Below are positions 1 through 9,353 of a DNA stretch of 64,000 nucleotides, piece after piece. The notes below the pieces were generated by a model that saw only the letters and a program-made list of their open reading frames with translations, was not told where the DNA came from and did not search any database. The stretch comes from Armatimonadota bacterium. GTDB taxonomy: Bacteria; Armatimonadota; SYMT01. The position numbers and the translations under genes are program-made. The stretch's first letter is position 1. Each line of letters opens with the position of its first letter. The DNA lies in assembly GCA_046292385.1 (NCBI GenBank), contig JBKBRF010000002.1:235653-299652 (forward strand), read 5' to 3'.

Positions 1-366
1 CCCGGCCGCTTCCCGGGCGGCGAGGAGACGCTCGATCCCCTCCAGGCTCTCCGCCGCCGGCTTCTCGCAGTAGACGTGCTTCCCCGCCGCCAGCGCCGCG
101 AGGGAGAGCCGCTCGTGCGTGTCGCTCGGCGTGGCGATCACCACCGCGTCGAGCTCATCCAGCAGCAGGTCCTCCGCCTCCTCGTAGAAGCAGAGCGGGT
201 CGCCCCACGCCTCCCGCGCCCGGTCCCGGTTCTCCAGGTTGTCCGACGATACGGCGACCACCCTGGCGCCGGGAAGCTGCCGGAGCAGCGGCAGGAAGGC
301 GCCGCACGCGCGGCGGCCCGCGCCGAGGACGCCGATCCGGACCGGCTCCGCCGACCTGTCGCTCAT
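1..366 (-). CDS. Gfo/Idh/MocA family oxidoreductase (runs off the window edge)
   Basis: Not in the ORF track; translated by hand from ATG 366: MSDRSAEPVRIGVLGAGRRACG...ELDAVVIATPSDTHERLSLAALAAGKHVYCEKP. Rossmann GxG and the KHVxCEKP motif are typical of the family. Confidence 0.9.
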   Translation of the reverse strand, partial: MSDRSAEPVRIGVLGAGRRACGAFLPLLRQLPGARVVAVSSDNLENRDRAREAWGDPLCFYEEAEDLLLDELDAVVIATPSDTHERLSLAALAAGKHVYCEKPAAESLEGIERLLAAREAAG

Positions 367-374
367 CGCACCGC

Positions 375-833
375 TCACTCCAGCCGGTAGAGCGAGGGAG
401 TCGCCTCGAGCTGGGCCTGCCGCGGGTCGGTCGGCACGTAGACGAAGACCCGCGTCTTCGACCTCTCCCCCAGGTAGTCGATCGTCGTGTCCTGCTCCAC
501 TTCCTCGCCCTGCTCCCCGACGTAAGTGATGCCGATGCGGAGGTCTCGCACGGTACGCCGCCCCTGGTTCTCCACCTCGATCGGAACGACGTACTCACCC
601 CCCAGCGGCCGGACCTCTCCCCAGAGCGGCCGGACCTGCACCGGGATGTGCTCGGTCTCCGCTCCGAGGCCCTGCCAGAGGAGATAGCCGGAGAGGCCCA
701 GGATCAGCAGCACGCTGATGCCGAGCGAGATCCACTCCGCCACCAGCCGGCCGCCGGTGCGCCGCCCGTCGCCGCTGCGGGACTCGCCGCGCGAGCGGGG
801 CGGGGGACACGGATAGGCTCCGACCTCGCTCAT
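375..833 (-). CDS. TIGR02588-like protein (single TM plus small beta domain)
   Basis: MSEVGAY...AEWISLGISVLLILGLSGYLLWQG...YVVPIEVENQGRRT...IDYL; ATG overlaps the upstream stop (ATGA); next to a TIGR02587-like gene. Confidence 0.75.
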   Translation of the reverse strand: MSEVGAYPCPPPRSRGESRSGDGRRTGGRLVAEWISLGISVLLILGLSGYLLWQGLGAETEHIPVQVRPLWGEVRPLGGEYVVPIEVENQGRRTVRDLRIGITYVGEQGEEVEQDTTIDYLGERSKTRVFVYVPTDPRQAQLEATPSLYRLE

Positions 834-1741
834 AGGACCAGTCTCCCCGCGGCGCCGCCGACCATCGCCGGCAGCCCGAGTGTGACCACCGAAGCCGCGG
901 CGGTCGCCGGGTGGCTGAATACCCCCTGCGTTCCGAGCATCCAGAGCAGCCCGCCCGCCACGGAGAGCGAGATCGCGCCGACCATCGCCGTCTCCGCCCA
1001 CGGATGCTGGAAGAGGCTCTTCACGTAGACCTCGTGCTTCTCAAACCCGGAGGCGAAGAGGATCACGTAGACAAGCACCACCGAGAGCCCCAGCAAGGCG
1101 AGCTGATGCCACGGAGCGAGACGGGTCGCGATCAGGAAGACCTCTTCCGTCGGCGCGATGTTGAGCGCGAAGACGGTCGCCCCGGCCAGGGTGGCGCCCG
1201 CATCCTTCAGGTCCGCGTAGAGCTGCTTCCGCTCCGGATTTTCCGGCTCCCCCTGGGACGAGTCCGCCTCCGCGGAGTCCCCGGACGAGTCCCCGGTGCG
1301 GTCTTTTCCCAGCACCTGCGCGTTCGCGAACGAGACGCCGACGCTCACCGCGGCCGCCTCCAGCAGAATCTTGCCGATCCACTCCTTCGGCGACTGGCTC
1401 CACGACAGCTCGCCGACCGCCGCGAGGACGAGCGTGGCGAGCACGAGCCCCACGCCAACCGCCGTCAGCGACTCCGAGAGCGCCTCCCGGACGGAGAATT
1501 CCTGCCGGAAGCCGGAGAAGAGGCTGAAGACGAAGTTGACCGCGACGATCGCCCCGAGGACGGCGAGCAGGTGCCACGCCGAAAGCGTCATGCCGTGCCA
1601 CCACATCTCCATGGTGTACAGAAGCGGGATGCCGACGATCGTCCCACCCGCCACGGCGCGCAGGAGGCTCTGCCCCTCCTCCCGCCAGCCGTACCGGTCT
1701 TCGTGTTCTCGCCCCCGCCCTGCCGCCGCTGCCTGCACCAC
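830..1741 (-). CDS. TIGR02587/DUF2391-like integral membrane protein
   Basis: LLRAVAGGTIVGIPLLYTMEMWW, FALNIAPTEEV, LGLPAMVGGAAGRLV; many TM segments; start uncertain (GTG 1741 or upstream). Confidence 0.8.
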   Translation of the reverse strand: MVQAAAAGRGREHEDRYGWREEGQSLLRAVAGGTIVGIPLLYTMEMWWHGMTLSAWHLLAVLGAIVAVNFVFSLFSGFRQEFSVREALSESLTAVGVGLVLATLVLAAVGELSWSQSPKEWIGKILLEAAAVSVGVSFANAQVLGKDRTGDSSGDSAEADSSQGEPENPERKQLYADLKDAGATLAGATVFALNIAPTEEVFLIATRLAPWHQLALLGLSVVLVYVILFASGFEKHEVYVKSLFQHPWAETAMVGAISLSVAGGLLWMLGTQGVFSHPATAAASVVTLGLPAMVGGAAGRLVL

Positions 1742-1947
1742 GCTCGCTCTCCGGCCGGACGCTCCCTCCGGCCGCCTCTTATTCCCGGCAAGCGACCCCA
1801 CCCAAACGGAGCCCGCCTGCTCTCGGGGCTGGCGCTCGGTCCGGAGCGCGCGTCCGAGCCGACGGGATTACCAGGCAGGGACCCGCGCAACCGTGGAGAA
1901 CCTGACTTCGGGCGACCGGTTGCAACTCCCGGCGCTCCACCGTCCCC

Positions 1948-3036
1948 ATGCGCCGCATCTTCCTCTTCGTCGCCGCCCTCGCACTCGTCATTGCCGGCCT
2001 CCGCTGGGGCTACCCGCGGGTGTACCAGTGGTTTGCCCTCGACCGGCCGCTCGCGCGCGCCATCGATCAACGGGACCTCGAGGCGATCGGGCGCCTGGTG
2101 GAGCACGGCGCCAGCACGCGCGTGCGTGGACGCGGGGGCTCGGGCTTCAGCCCCTTTCTCGACCCCGGTTACCGGACAGCCCTGATGGTCGCCGCTCAAC
2201 GGGGTGAGCTGGAGTTGGTGAAGCTCCTGCTCTCCCGCGGCGCCGAGGTCAACGCGCGCGACGGCAACGGCGGCACACCACTCATGTACGCCTGCGAGTG
2301 GAGCGCCGAACCGGAGGTCGTGGAGGCTCTCCTGGCCGCGGGAGCTGACGTGAACGCAAGGGACGATCAGCGGAAGACCACTCTGATGCGGATGACCACG
2401 CTGACGACCGATCCCCCGGATGCAGATCGGATTCGGGTGGCGGAGCTGCTGGTCGAAGCGGGGGCAGACGTCAACGCCATGTGCGGCGACGAGACGGCGC
2501 TGGCGATGGCGGAGCGGAACGGGTGCCGGGAGGTGGAGCAGGTCCTTCGGAAGGCGGGAGCGAGGGGGCTGTCCGAAGAGCTGGCCGGGGTCGAGGGCGC
2601 GGAGCTGCTGCGAGCCGTGGAGACCGCCAACCTGAAGGAAGTCGCCCGCCTCCTTCGCGCCGGACACCGGCTCGACGTGCGGAACCAAGACGGGCTGACG
2701 CCGCTCCTGATCGTGACGCAGGACGGCCGGCACGTGGCGCTGCTGCAGCTCATCCTCAAGTTTCCGCAGGCGCGCGGAGCCGAGGTCCTGAACGCCGCGG
2801 ACGAATACGGACAGACCGCCCTCCACCTGGCGGTAAGCCGCTACAACCCGCTCTATGTCGGACCGCTCGTGCGAGCCGGAGCGGACCCTCGACGCCGGAA
2901 CGACGACGGCGAGACGCCGCTCGGGATCGCGGAGGAGCAGGGAAGACGCGGCATGTCGAAGTGCCTCGACGCACTCCGAGCCGCGGAAGCCGCCAGGGCT
3001 CCGGACGCCGCGCCGCAGGGGACGATCAGCAAGTGA
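1948..3036 (+). CDS. Ankyrin-repeat protein with N-terminal signal/anchor
   Basis: Repeated TPL/TAL...LL..GA.VNA.D motifs; hydrophobic N-terminus MRRIFLFVAALALVIAGL. Confidence 0.9.
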   Translation: MRRIFLFVAALALVIAGLRWGYPRVYQWFALDRPLARAIDQRDLEAIGRLVEHGASTRVRGRGGSGFSPFLDPGYRTALMVAAQRGELELVKLLLSRGAEVNARDGNGGTPLMYACEWSAEPEVVEALLAAGADVNARDDQRKTTLMRMTTLTTDPPDADRIRVAELLVEAGADVNAMCGDETALAMAERNGCREVEQVLRKAGARGLSEELAGVEGAELLRAVETANLKEVARLLRAGHRLDVRNQDGLTPLLIVTQDGRHVALLQLILKFPQARGAEVLNAADEYGQTALHLAVSRYNPLYVGPLVRAGADPRRRNDDGETPLGIAEEQGRRGMSKCLDALRAAEAARAPDAAPQGTISK

Positions 3037-4205
3037 AGCGCATCGTCCTCTTCCTCGCCGCTCTCGCGCTGGTCCTCGGCGGCCTCGGCTGGGGCTACCC
3101 GCGCGTCCACCGCTGGCTGACGCTGCAGCGGCCGATGGCGGCGGCGATTGCCTCACTGGACCGGGCGGCGATTTCCCGCCTGGTGGAGAAGGGCGCCGAT
3201 CCGAACACCCGTGCGGATCCCGACGGATTCCTGTGGAAGGATGGCTCGCAAACGGCACTGATGACGGCGACAGTGGGGGACGATACCGCGCTGGCAAAGC
3301 TCTTGCTCTCCCGCGGGGCCGAGATCGAGGCCCGGGACAGCGGCGGCCGCAATGCACTCCGGCACGCCTGCGGTGGGCTGTTTTTCCGGCAAATCAAGGT
3401 CGCGCAGCTGCTGGTCCGCGCGGGCGCAGACGTGAATGTCCGCGATGAGAGCGGGGTGACGCCGCTGCTCGCTGCATGCGAGGCGCCTACCGGTAGTCCG
3501 GAAATCGTACAGCTGCTGATCCGGGCAGGCGCGGATCTGAATGCCGTGGATCGCAACGGCAGAACGCCATTAATGGTCTTGGCCCACTCCTGGTGGGTTG
3601 ACTCGCCCGATCCGGATCGCGCCCGGTGTGCCGAGCTGCTGATCCGCGCCGGCGCTGACGTCAATGCCACGCTGCCGGACGGCCGGACGGCCCTGGCGCT
3701 CGCGGAGGAGACAGGGTGCCGGGAGGTCGCGCGACTCCTGCGCAAAGAGGCAAGCGGCGGGCTGCGCGAGTGGCTGGAGGGTCGCCCGGGCGCGGAGCTG
3801 CTCCACGCCGTGCTGACCCGGAACTTTCCGGAAGTGGGGAAGCTGCTGAGGGCCGGGCAACCGGTGGATGTGCGGACCCCGGACGGGAGGACGCCGCTGA
3901 TGATTGCGGCAACCGATACGCAGGACTGGCGGATGGTGCGGGTGATCCTGAAGTTTCCCCAGGCCCGCCGGCCGGAGGTGCTGGAAGCTCCCGATTTCGA
4001 GGGAAGGACGCTGCTGCAGTGGATCTGCATCGATTCGTCCTGGCATCCCCAGCGCATTCGGCTGCTGATCCACGCGGGAGCCGATCCCTACCAGGATTCG
4101 GGTTGGAGATCTCCGATCGAGCTCGCCCAGAATAAGGCCAGGATCGGACACCCGGGGATGCTGCGGGCGATCGAACAAGCGCTGGCGAGTCGGCCCGACC
4201 GCTAG
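3033..4205 (+). CDS. Ankyrin-repeat protein, paralog of the upstream gene
   Basis: GTG 3033 overlaps the upstream TGA; KRIVLFLAALALVLGGLGWGYPRV, then repeats GADVNVRDESGVTPL and GADLNAVDRNGRTPL. Confidence 0.9.
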   Translation: MKRIVLFLAALALVLGGLGWGYPRVHRWLTLQRPMAAAIASLDRAAISRLVEKGADPNTRADPDGFLWKDGSQTALMTATVGDDTALAKLLLSRGAEIEARDSGGRNALRHACGGLFFRQIKVAQLLVRAGADVNVRDESGVTPLLAACEAPTGSPEIVQLLIRAGADLNAVDRNGRTPLMVLAHSWWVDSPDPDRARCAELLIRAGADVNATLPDGRTALALAEETGCREVARLLRKEASGGLREWLEGRPGAELLHAVLTRNFPEVGKLLRAGQPVDVRTPDGRTPLMIAATDTQDWRMVRVILKFPQARRPEVLEAPDFEGRTLLQWICIDSSWHPQRIRLLIHAGADPYQDSGWRSPIELAQNKARIGHPGMLRAIEQALASRPDR

Positions 4206-4225
4206 CTTCACCACGGAGAGGGAGC

Positions 4226-4603
4226 ATGGAGACGACACTGCGGTTCGAGGGGGTCTACCCGATCGGGAACACGAAGCCGGACGACCTGCCGGCGAAGCAC
4301 CTCGGCCCCGCCATCGGGTACTACACGCGGGTGCTGGGGTTCACGCTCGTCTCCCGGGACGAGCGCCGCGCCACGCTGCGCCGCGACGAGGCCGAGATCG
4401 GCCTGGCGGAGAACGGCGACGACCCGGAGCAGGCGAGCTGCTACTTCGCCGTGAGCGACGTCGAGGCGCTCCGTGCGGAGTTGGAGGCGGCCGGCATCGA
4501 CCCCACGCCCCTCCGCTTCGACCACTACAACGGCAAGCACTACCAGGTCTGCTTCGCCCGCGACCCGTACGGCGTCTGCTTCTGCTTCGGCCGGGAGGTG
4601 TAG
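4226..4603 (+). CDS. VOC/glyoxalase/bleomycin-resistance family protein
   Basis: AIGYYTRVLGF, YFAVSDVEALRAEL, FARDPYG; GGAG RBS upstream. Confidence 0.85.
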   Translation: METTLRFEGVYPIGNTKPDDLPAKHLGPAIGYYTRVLGFTLVSRDERRATLRRDEAEIGLAENGDDPEQASCYFAVSDVEALRAELEAAGIDPTPLRFDHYNGKHYQVCFARDPYGVCFCFGREV

Positions 4604-4621
4604 CGCTCGTGCAATAGCCGC

Positions 4622-5022
4622 CGGGCGGTTGAAACCGCGGCAACCACGGCACGAAGTGCCCCTCCGGGCACTCAGATGGCCCTGGCTCCGGCGTCCGGAG
4701 GACGCTTGGCCGTTTAACCAGGTTCGGTATTCATCCGCTCACTCCCGCAGAGTCACTGAGGCCGGTATGGGGCCGACGCGGCCGGAAACGGTTTCGCCCG
4801 CTCCTCATCCGGCCTCTCTCTTGCGAGGGGGGAGCTATGGGTGCCAAGCGAGCTGCCTCCCCCTTCCACTTCAGGGAATAGGGTTGGGGGATAGGCCGCG
4901 CCGGCGTATCAATCTCTCGCCGCCCAAGAGGTTGCGGGAAGTCACTGACCCGATTTGCAGTGGAGTGCTGAGCCCGCGCAGGCGGGCTTCGCTCCGTGTA
5001 GCCTCGACTTTAGTCCGAGGCG
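4622..5022. repeat. Inverted pair of REP-like double-hairpin elements (about 4622-4672 and 4970-5022)
   Basis: Reverse complement of the left copy (AGTGCCCGGAGGGGCACTTCGTGCCGTGGTTGCCGCGGTTTCAACCGCCCG) has the same layout as the right copy (AGCCCGCGCAGGCGGGCTTCGCTCCGTGTAGCCTCGACTTTAGTCCGAGGCG). Confidence 0.65.
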
Positions 5023-5129
5023 AAAGCGGCCAATCACTCCAGCGCACCCCCTAGCGGCAGCAAACGCGCCCGGTCCTCGTCAGCCGTCTATCGAGCATTT
5101 CGCGCTGGTGGACTTCGTCACCTGTTTGG

Positions 5130-6284
5130 CTACGCCGCCCTGCGGCGGCGGGCAGGCCGCCCCGCGGTCCTGGCGATCTCCTTCAGGAAGCCGAGCACGC
5201 GCGCCTCGTCGTCCTTCAGCGCCTCCACCTCGTCGACGATCTCCGGGGCGGGGCACTCCGTCAGCAGGGCGCGCTTGGCCTCGTCCAGGTAGGTCTCCAG
5301 GACGGCCGGGTGGACGTAGCACTTGCGGCAGACCGCCGGCGTGTTGTTCAAGCGACTCGCCACGTTCTTGATGGCGGTCGCCACCCGCTTCTTCGCGGCG
5401 GTCTTCGTCTCGCACGGTTCCGCGCCGCAGAGCTCCCGGAACGCCAGCAACGTGCCGGCCCAGGTACGGAAGTCTTTGGCAGTGAAGTCCTGACCGCTGA
5501 TCTCCCGGAGGTACTCGTTCACGTCCGAGGAGGCGACGTCGCGGATCTGCCCGTCGTCATCGTGGTACTGGAACAGCTCCTGCCCCGGCAGCTCCTGCAG
5601 CTTGCGGACCACCTGCGATACCCGGCGGTCGCGAAGATCGGCGTCGCACTCTTTGCCGCTCTTGCCGCGGAAGTGGAAGCGGACCGTGGAGCCCTGCACG
5701 TCGACGTGCTCCTCCCGCAGCGTGGTGAGGCCGAACGACTCGTTCTTTCGCGCGTACTCGTCATTTCCCACGCGGATCAGCGTCTCTTCCAGCAGGCGGA
5801 CCACCGTCGCCAGCACCTTCTCCCGCGGGAGGCCGCGGCGGGAGAGGTCCTCGTCCACCCGGCGGCGGATCCGCGGCAGCGCCTCGCCGAACTGGATCAT
5901 GCGGTCATACTTGGTGGCGTCCCGCACCTCGTGCCAGCGCGGATGGTAGCGGTACTGCTTGCGGCCCTTCTCGTCGCGGCCGGTCGCCTGGATGTGGCCA
6001 TGGGGGATGGGGCAGATCCAGACGTCGCGCCACGCGGGCGGGATCACCAGGCTCCGGATGCGGCGGAGCGTCCGCTCGTCGCGGACCGTCGCACCGTCCG
6101 GGCCGAGATAGCTCCAGCCGCGCCCGCACCGGCGCCGCCGGATGCCGGGCCGCTCGTCCGAGACGTAGCGCAGACCGGCCGCGCGGGCGGTCTCCCGTCC
6201 GGCCGGGTGAAGCAGGTCGCCGCTCCCACCCGGCACCACCCGCAGCGCGGGACGTGTGTCCCCCGGTGCCGCTGTCGCCGCCAT
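5130..6284 (-). CDS. DNA topoisomerase IB (poxvirus-like bacterial type)
   Basis: IPPAWRDVWICP, GRKQYRYH, IRVGN, FRGKSGK, KDFRTW, and catalytic Tyr in VCRKCYVHP. Start ATG 6284 (ORF track 6296). Confidence 0.95.
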   Translation of the reverse strand: MAATAAPGDTRPALRVVPGGSGDLLHPAGRETARAAGLRYVSDERPGIRRRRCGRGWSYLGPDGATVRDERTLRRIRSLVIPPAWRDVWICPIPHGHIQATGRDEKGRKQYRYHPRWHEVRDATKYDRMIQFGEALPRIRRRVDEDLSRRGLPREKVLATVVRLLEETLIRVGNDEYARKNESFGLTTLREEHVDVQGSTVRFHFRGKSGKECDADLRDRRVSQVVRKLQELPGQELFQYHDDDGQIRDVASSDVNEYLREISGQDFTAKDFRTWAGTLLAFRELCGAEPCETKTAAKKRVATAIKNVASRLNNTPAVCRKCYVHPAVLETYLDEAKRALLTECPAPEIVDEVEALKDDEARVLGFLKEIARTAGRPARRRRAA

Positions 6285-6423
6285 GTTGTCCCTCAACTCC
6301 CTGTCTGCGCTGGAACTGTATCTTTTCTTGTTTCTCTTCCCGTCTGTCCGGTTATTGGCGGGCGGGGCAGGTCCCCAAACCGGACGCCGCTGCCGACTAA
6401 GGACTCAGAAGCTCTTCCCAACC

Positions 6424-7521
6424 ATGCCTTCCCGCTCCTCACTATTACTGGTCCTCCTCGCGCTGCTGATCCCGCTCCCAGGGGAGCTCCGGGCGGAGCC
6501 GGGCGCGCCGGAGCCTCCCCCGGTGACCGCGCCCGAGCCCGAGACGAAGCCGGAAACGAAGCCCGAGAGCAAGCCCGAAGGGGACGAGCCCGCCTCTTCT
6601 CTGCTGCGCGCGGGCTGGAGTAAGCTGCTGCTGGAGGAGGCGCTCCGGAGCGTGGAGTCCTCCGGGAAGCCATTCGACTTCCTCTGCGACAGCTTCGACG
6701 CGGACGATCTGCGGCCGGAGCGGATCGCCTTCGCGGCGCCGCCGCGGGAAGTCTCCCGCGCGCTGGCGGAGGACTACGACCGCACCCGCCTCTACTCGAA
6801 CGGCGTCTACCTCTTCCGCCACTCCCGGTGGTCCGACGCGCGCTTCCGGCTCCTCGGCTCCGGCGAGGCCTCGCCGCGCCCGCAGAGCCTGGAAGTGCAG
6901 GCGGTGCCGGCCGTCGGCGACGGGAAGCCGCTGCTCCGCATCTCCGCCCTGCGCGTCCCGCTGGAGGAGCTGCTCCGCAAGCTGGGCGAGGTCACCGGCA
7001 CGCAGTACGAGGTGAGCGGCAGCCTCCGCGAGCGCAAGGTCTCCGGCTCGCTCACGCTGGTCACCCCGGAGATCGTGCGCGAGCTGCTGGGGGTGCTCTT
7101 TCCGGATGCCGCGTGGAGCTCCCGCCCGAACGGCGCCTGGAGCCTCCGCGAGCGGCCGAGCGCCGAGCTGATCTACGTGCTCGCCCAGGCGGCGGAGCAG
7201 CGGGAAGGGGCGACCGCGCGGGCGCGGGACGCGATCCACGTGCAGGTCGCCGCGGCGCTCACCCCGGAAGAGCTCCTGCTCCTGCAGCGGACGAGGCGGC
7301 TGCGCCGCAGCTGGGGGCAGCTCGACCCGGTGACGCGCGAGCTGCTGCTCCTCTGCGGCGAGGTCTTCCTGCACACCGTTCGGGAGAGCGGCGGCGATCC
7401 GGACAGGTTCCTGGACCTGACCCGGCAGTCGGACCTCGGCGTCGAACTGGTGAAGCGCGGTCCCGGGATCCAGCTCCGCCTCCTCGGCCGCGGCGGCGAC
7501 GGCGAGCCAGTCGCCTGGTAA
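6424..7521 (+). CDS. Exported hypothetical protein with a possible STN/secretin-N0-like segment
   Basis: Signal peptide MPSRSSLLLVLLALLIPL; PE/TK-rich linker; RISALRVPLEELLRKLGEVTG..YEVSGSLRERKVSG resembles short secretin/TonB N-terminal domains. Confidence 0.6.
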   Translation: MPSRSSLLLVLLALLIPLPGELRAEPGAPEPPPVTAPEPETKPETKPESKPEGDEPASSLLRAGWSKLLLEEALRSVESSGKPFDFLCDSFDADDLRPERIAFAAPPREVSRALAEDYDRTRLYSNGVYLFRHSRWSDARFRLLGSGEASPRPQSLEVQAVPAVGDGKPLLRISALRVPLEELLRKLGEVTGTQYEVSGSLRERKVSGSLTLVTPEIVRELLGVLFPDAAWSSRPNGAWSLRERPSAELIYVLAQAAEQREGATARARDAIHVQVAAALTPEELLLLQRTRRLRRSWGQLDPVTRELLLLCGEVFLHTVRESGGDPDRFLDLTRQSDLGVELVKRGPGIQLRLLGRGGDGEPVAW

Positions 7522-7673
7522 GGCAAAAGTCAAAAGGCTAAAGTGGGAACCCCGCTTTCCGGAGGCGAGGGTTCGGACCTTTTGCCTTTAGCCTTCTGCC
7601 TTTAGCCTTTAAGAGCCTTTTGACTTTAGCCTTCAGGACCCCCTTTTGCCTTTAGCCTTTATCCTTTTGCCTT
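7519..7673. repeat. Heptamer arrays (GGCTAAA/GGCAAAA vs TTTAGCC/TTTTGCC) in inverted orientation around a hairpin
   Basis: TAAGGCAAAAGTCAAAAGGCTAAAG, then a GAACCC..GGGTTC hairpin, then many CTTTTGC/CTTTAGC/CTTCTGC units. Confidence 0.85.
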
Positions 7674-7678
7674 CGCGA

Positions 7679-7706
7679 TGATACAATGCTGACTGTATTC
7701 GTCAGC
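7679..7706 (+). promoter_or_regulatory. Extended -10 promoter (TGaTACAAT) followed by a palindromic Rrf2-type operator
   Basis: TGATACAAT just before GCTGAC-TGTATTC-GTCAGC (7688-7706), about 30 nt upstream of the Rrf2 ATG; resembles IscR type-1 YYGACT-N5-AGTCRR sites. Confidence 0.65.
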
Positions 7707-7737
7707 TTAGTCAGGTTTCGGGGATGGGAGTGCGACT

Positions 7738-8178
7738 ATGGCGCTGTTCACCTCCAAAGTGGATTACGCCTTGCGCGCGCTTCTCGATCTGGCGGCGCAG
7801 CCGCCGGGACGTCCCGCGCAGAGCCGGGAGATCGCCGGGCGGCAGAACATTCCGGAGTCGTACCTCAACCAGCTCCTCGTCATCCTGCGGCGGGCGGGAC
7901 TGGTGCGCAGCGTGCGCGGGGCGGCGGGAGGCTACGTGCTGGGGCGGGAGCCCCGGCAGCTCACGGTGGCCGACGTGCTCTCGGCGCTGCACGGGGGTAA
8001 CTTCCTGGGCGAGGCGCCGGCGGAGGAGACGACCGCTCCGGCCGAGTGGGTGATCCGGAACCTGTACGGACGGCTGAACGATTCGATGCGCCGGGAGCTG
8101 GAGAGCATCTCTCTGGCGGACCTCACGGCGGAGATGCAGCGCTTGAACGAAGCGCAGAGCCTGATGCTGGGGCTGTAG
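7738..8178 (+). CDS. Rrf2 family transcriptional regulator, CymR-like (no Fe-S cysteines)
   Basis: [40 protein letters not shown]; first gene before cysK. Confidence 0.9.
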   Translation: MALFTSKVDYALRALLDLAAQPPGRPAQSREIAGRQNIPESYLNQLLVILRRAGLVRSVRGAAGGYVLGREPRQLTVADVLSALHGGNFLGEAPAEETTAPAEWVIRNLYGRLNDSMRRELESISLADLTAEMQRLNEAQSLMLGL

Positions 8179-8198
8179 GCAGCCCGGAGAGATCTCCC

Positions 8199-9131
8199 AT
8201 GCGTATTGCCGGGTCGATTACGGAGCTGATTGGCGGGACCCCGCTGGTCCGTCTGAACCGCGTGACCGAGGGCGCGGGCGCCGAAGTCGCGGCGAAGCTG
8301 GAGTTCTTCAACCCGCTCGGCAGCGTCAAAGACCGCATCGCCCTCGCGATGGTCGAAGCGGCGGAGAAGGCCGGCAAGATCGGGCCGGACACGATCATCC
8401 TGGAGCCGACCAGCGGCAACACCGGCATCGGCCTGGCGTTCGTCTGCGCGGCGAAGGGCTACCGGTGCGTGCTGACGATGCCGGAGACGATGTCGATGGA
8501 GCGCCGCGTGCTGCTGCGGGCGCTCGGCGCGGAGCTGATCCTCACCCCCGCCGCCGAGGGTATGCTCGGCGCCATGAGCAAGGCGGAAGAGCTGGCGGCG
8601 CAGGACCCGCGCTACTTCATCCCCCAGCAGTTCGAGAACCCGGCCAACCCGGAGATCCACCGCCGCACCACCGCGGAGGAGATCTGGAACGACACGGACG
8701 GCCGCGTCGATATCCTGGTGGCCGGCGTCGGCACCGGCGGCACCATTACCGGCGTGGCGGAAGTGATCAAGCAGCGCAAGCCGGAGTTCCGGGTGATCGC
8801 GGTGGAGCCGGCCGCCTCCGCGGTCCTCTCCGGCAAGCCCCGCGGGCCGCACCCGATCCAGGGGATCGGCGCCGGCTTTGTCCCGGACGTGCTGCGCACC
8901 GACCTGATTGACGAGATCGTCCAGGTAGAGAACCAGGACGCGATCACCATGACCCGGCGCCTCGCCCGGGAAGAGGGGATCCTGGCCGGCATCTCCTCCG
9001 GCGCCGCCGCCTGGGCCGCGGTCCAGGTCGCCAGCCGCCCGGAGAACGCCGGCAAGCTGATCGTCACCGTCTTCCCCAGCACCGGCGAGCGCTATCTCTC
9101 CACCCCCACCTATGCCGAGCTGGCACAGTAG
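8199..9131 (+). CDS. cysK: Cysteine synthase A (O-acetylserine sulfhydrylase)
   Basis: [15 protein letters not shown] (PLP Lys), [44 protein letters not shown]. Confidence 0.97.
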   Translation: MRIAGSITELIGGTPLVRLNRVTEGAGAEVAAKLEFFNPLGSVKDRIALAMVEAAEKAGKIGPDTIILEPTSGNTGIGLAFVCAAKGYRCVLTMPETMSMERRVLLRALGAELILTPAAEGMLGAMSKAEELAAQDPRYFIPQQFENPANPEIHRRTTAEEIWNDTDGRVDILVAGVGTGGTITGVAEVIKQRKPEFRVIAVEPAASAVLSGKPRGPHPIQGIGAGFVPDVLRTDLIDEIVQVENQDAITMTRRLAREEGILAGISSGAAAWAAVQVASRPENAGKLIVTVFPSTGERYLSTPTYAELAQ

Positions 9132-9353
9132 CCCTTCGGAGACGGAGTGAACCGACACTGCACCGATAGCTCCCGTCTCCTCGCGGGAGAGGGACCGGGG
9201 GTGAGGCCCCGTGAGAAGCAAGCGCTTCCGGGTCTTGCGGGGCGACCGGATGAGGGATGAGGCCGAGCCTCCCGGACACTCCCACGCTTACTCTTTGTCG
9301 ATCGGCTGCGGCACCTGGCCGCGGCCCAGGTTAGGAAGGAATACGTAGTTCTG

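Noticed and set aside
2481..3032. N-terminal extension of the 574-aa ORF
   Set aside because: Out-of-frame overlap with the first ankyrin gene; the paralogous N-terminus starts at GTG 3033.
7519..7673. Possible CRISPR array here or at other repeat clusters
   Set aside because: Units are 6-8 nt with no unique spacers, and no cas genes are present.
9132..9353. SAM riboswitch upstream of sat
   Set aside because: I could not find the SAM-I consensus elements; only a REP-like hairpin is evident. An Rfam scan would settle it.
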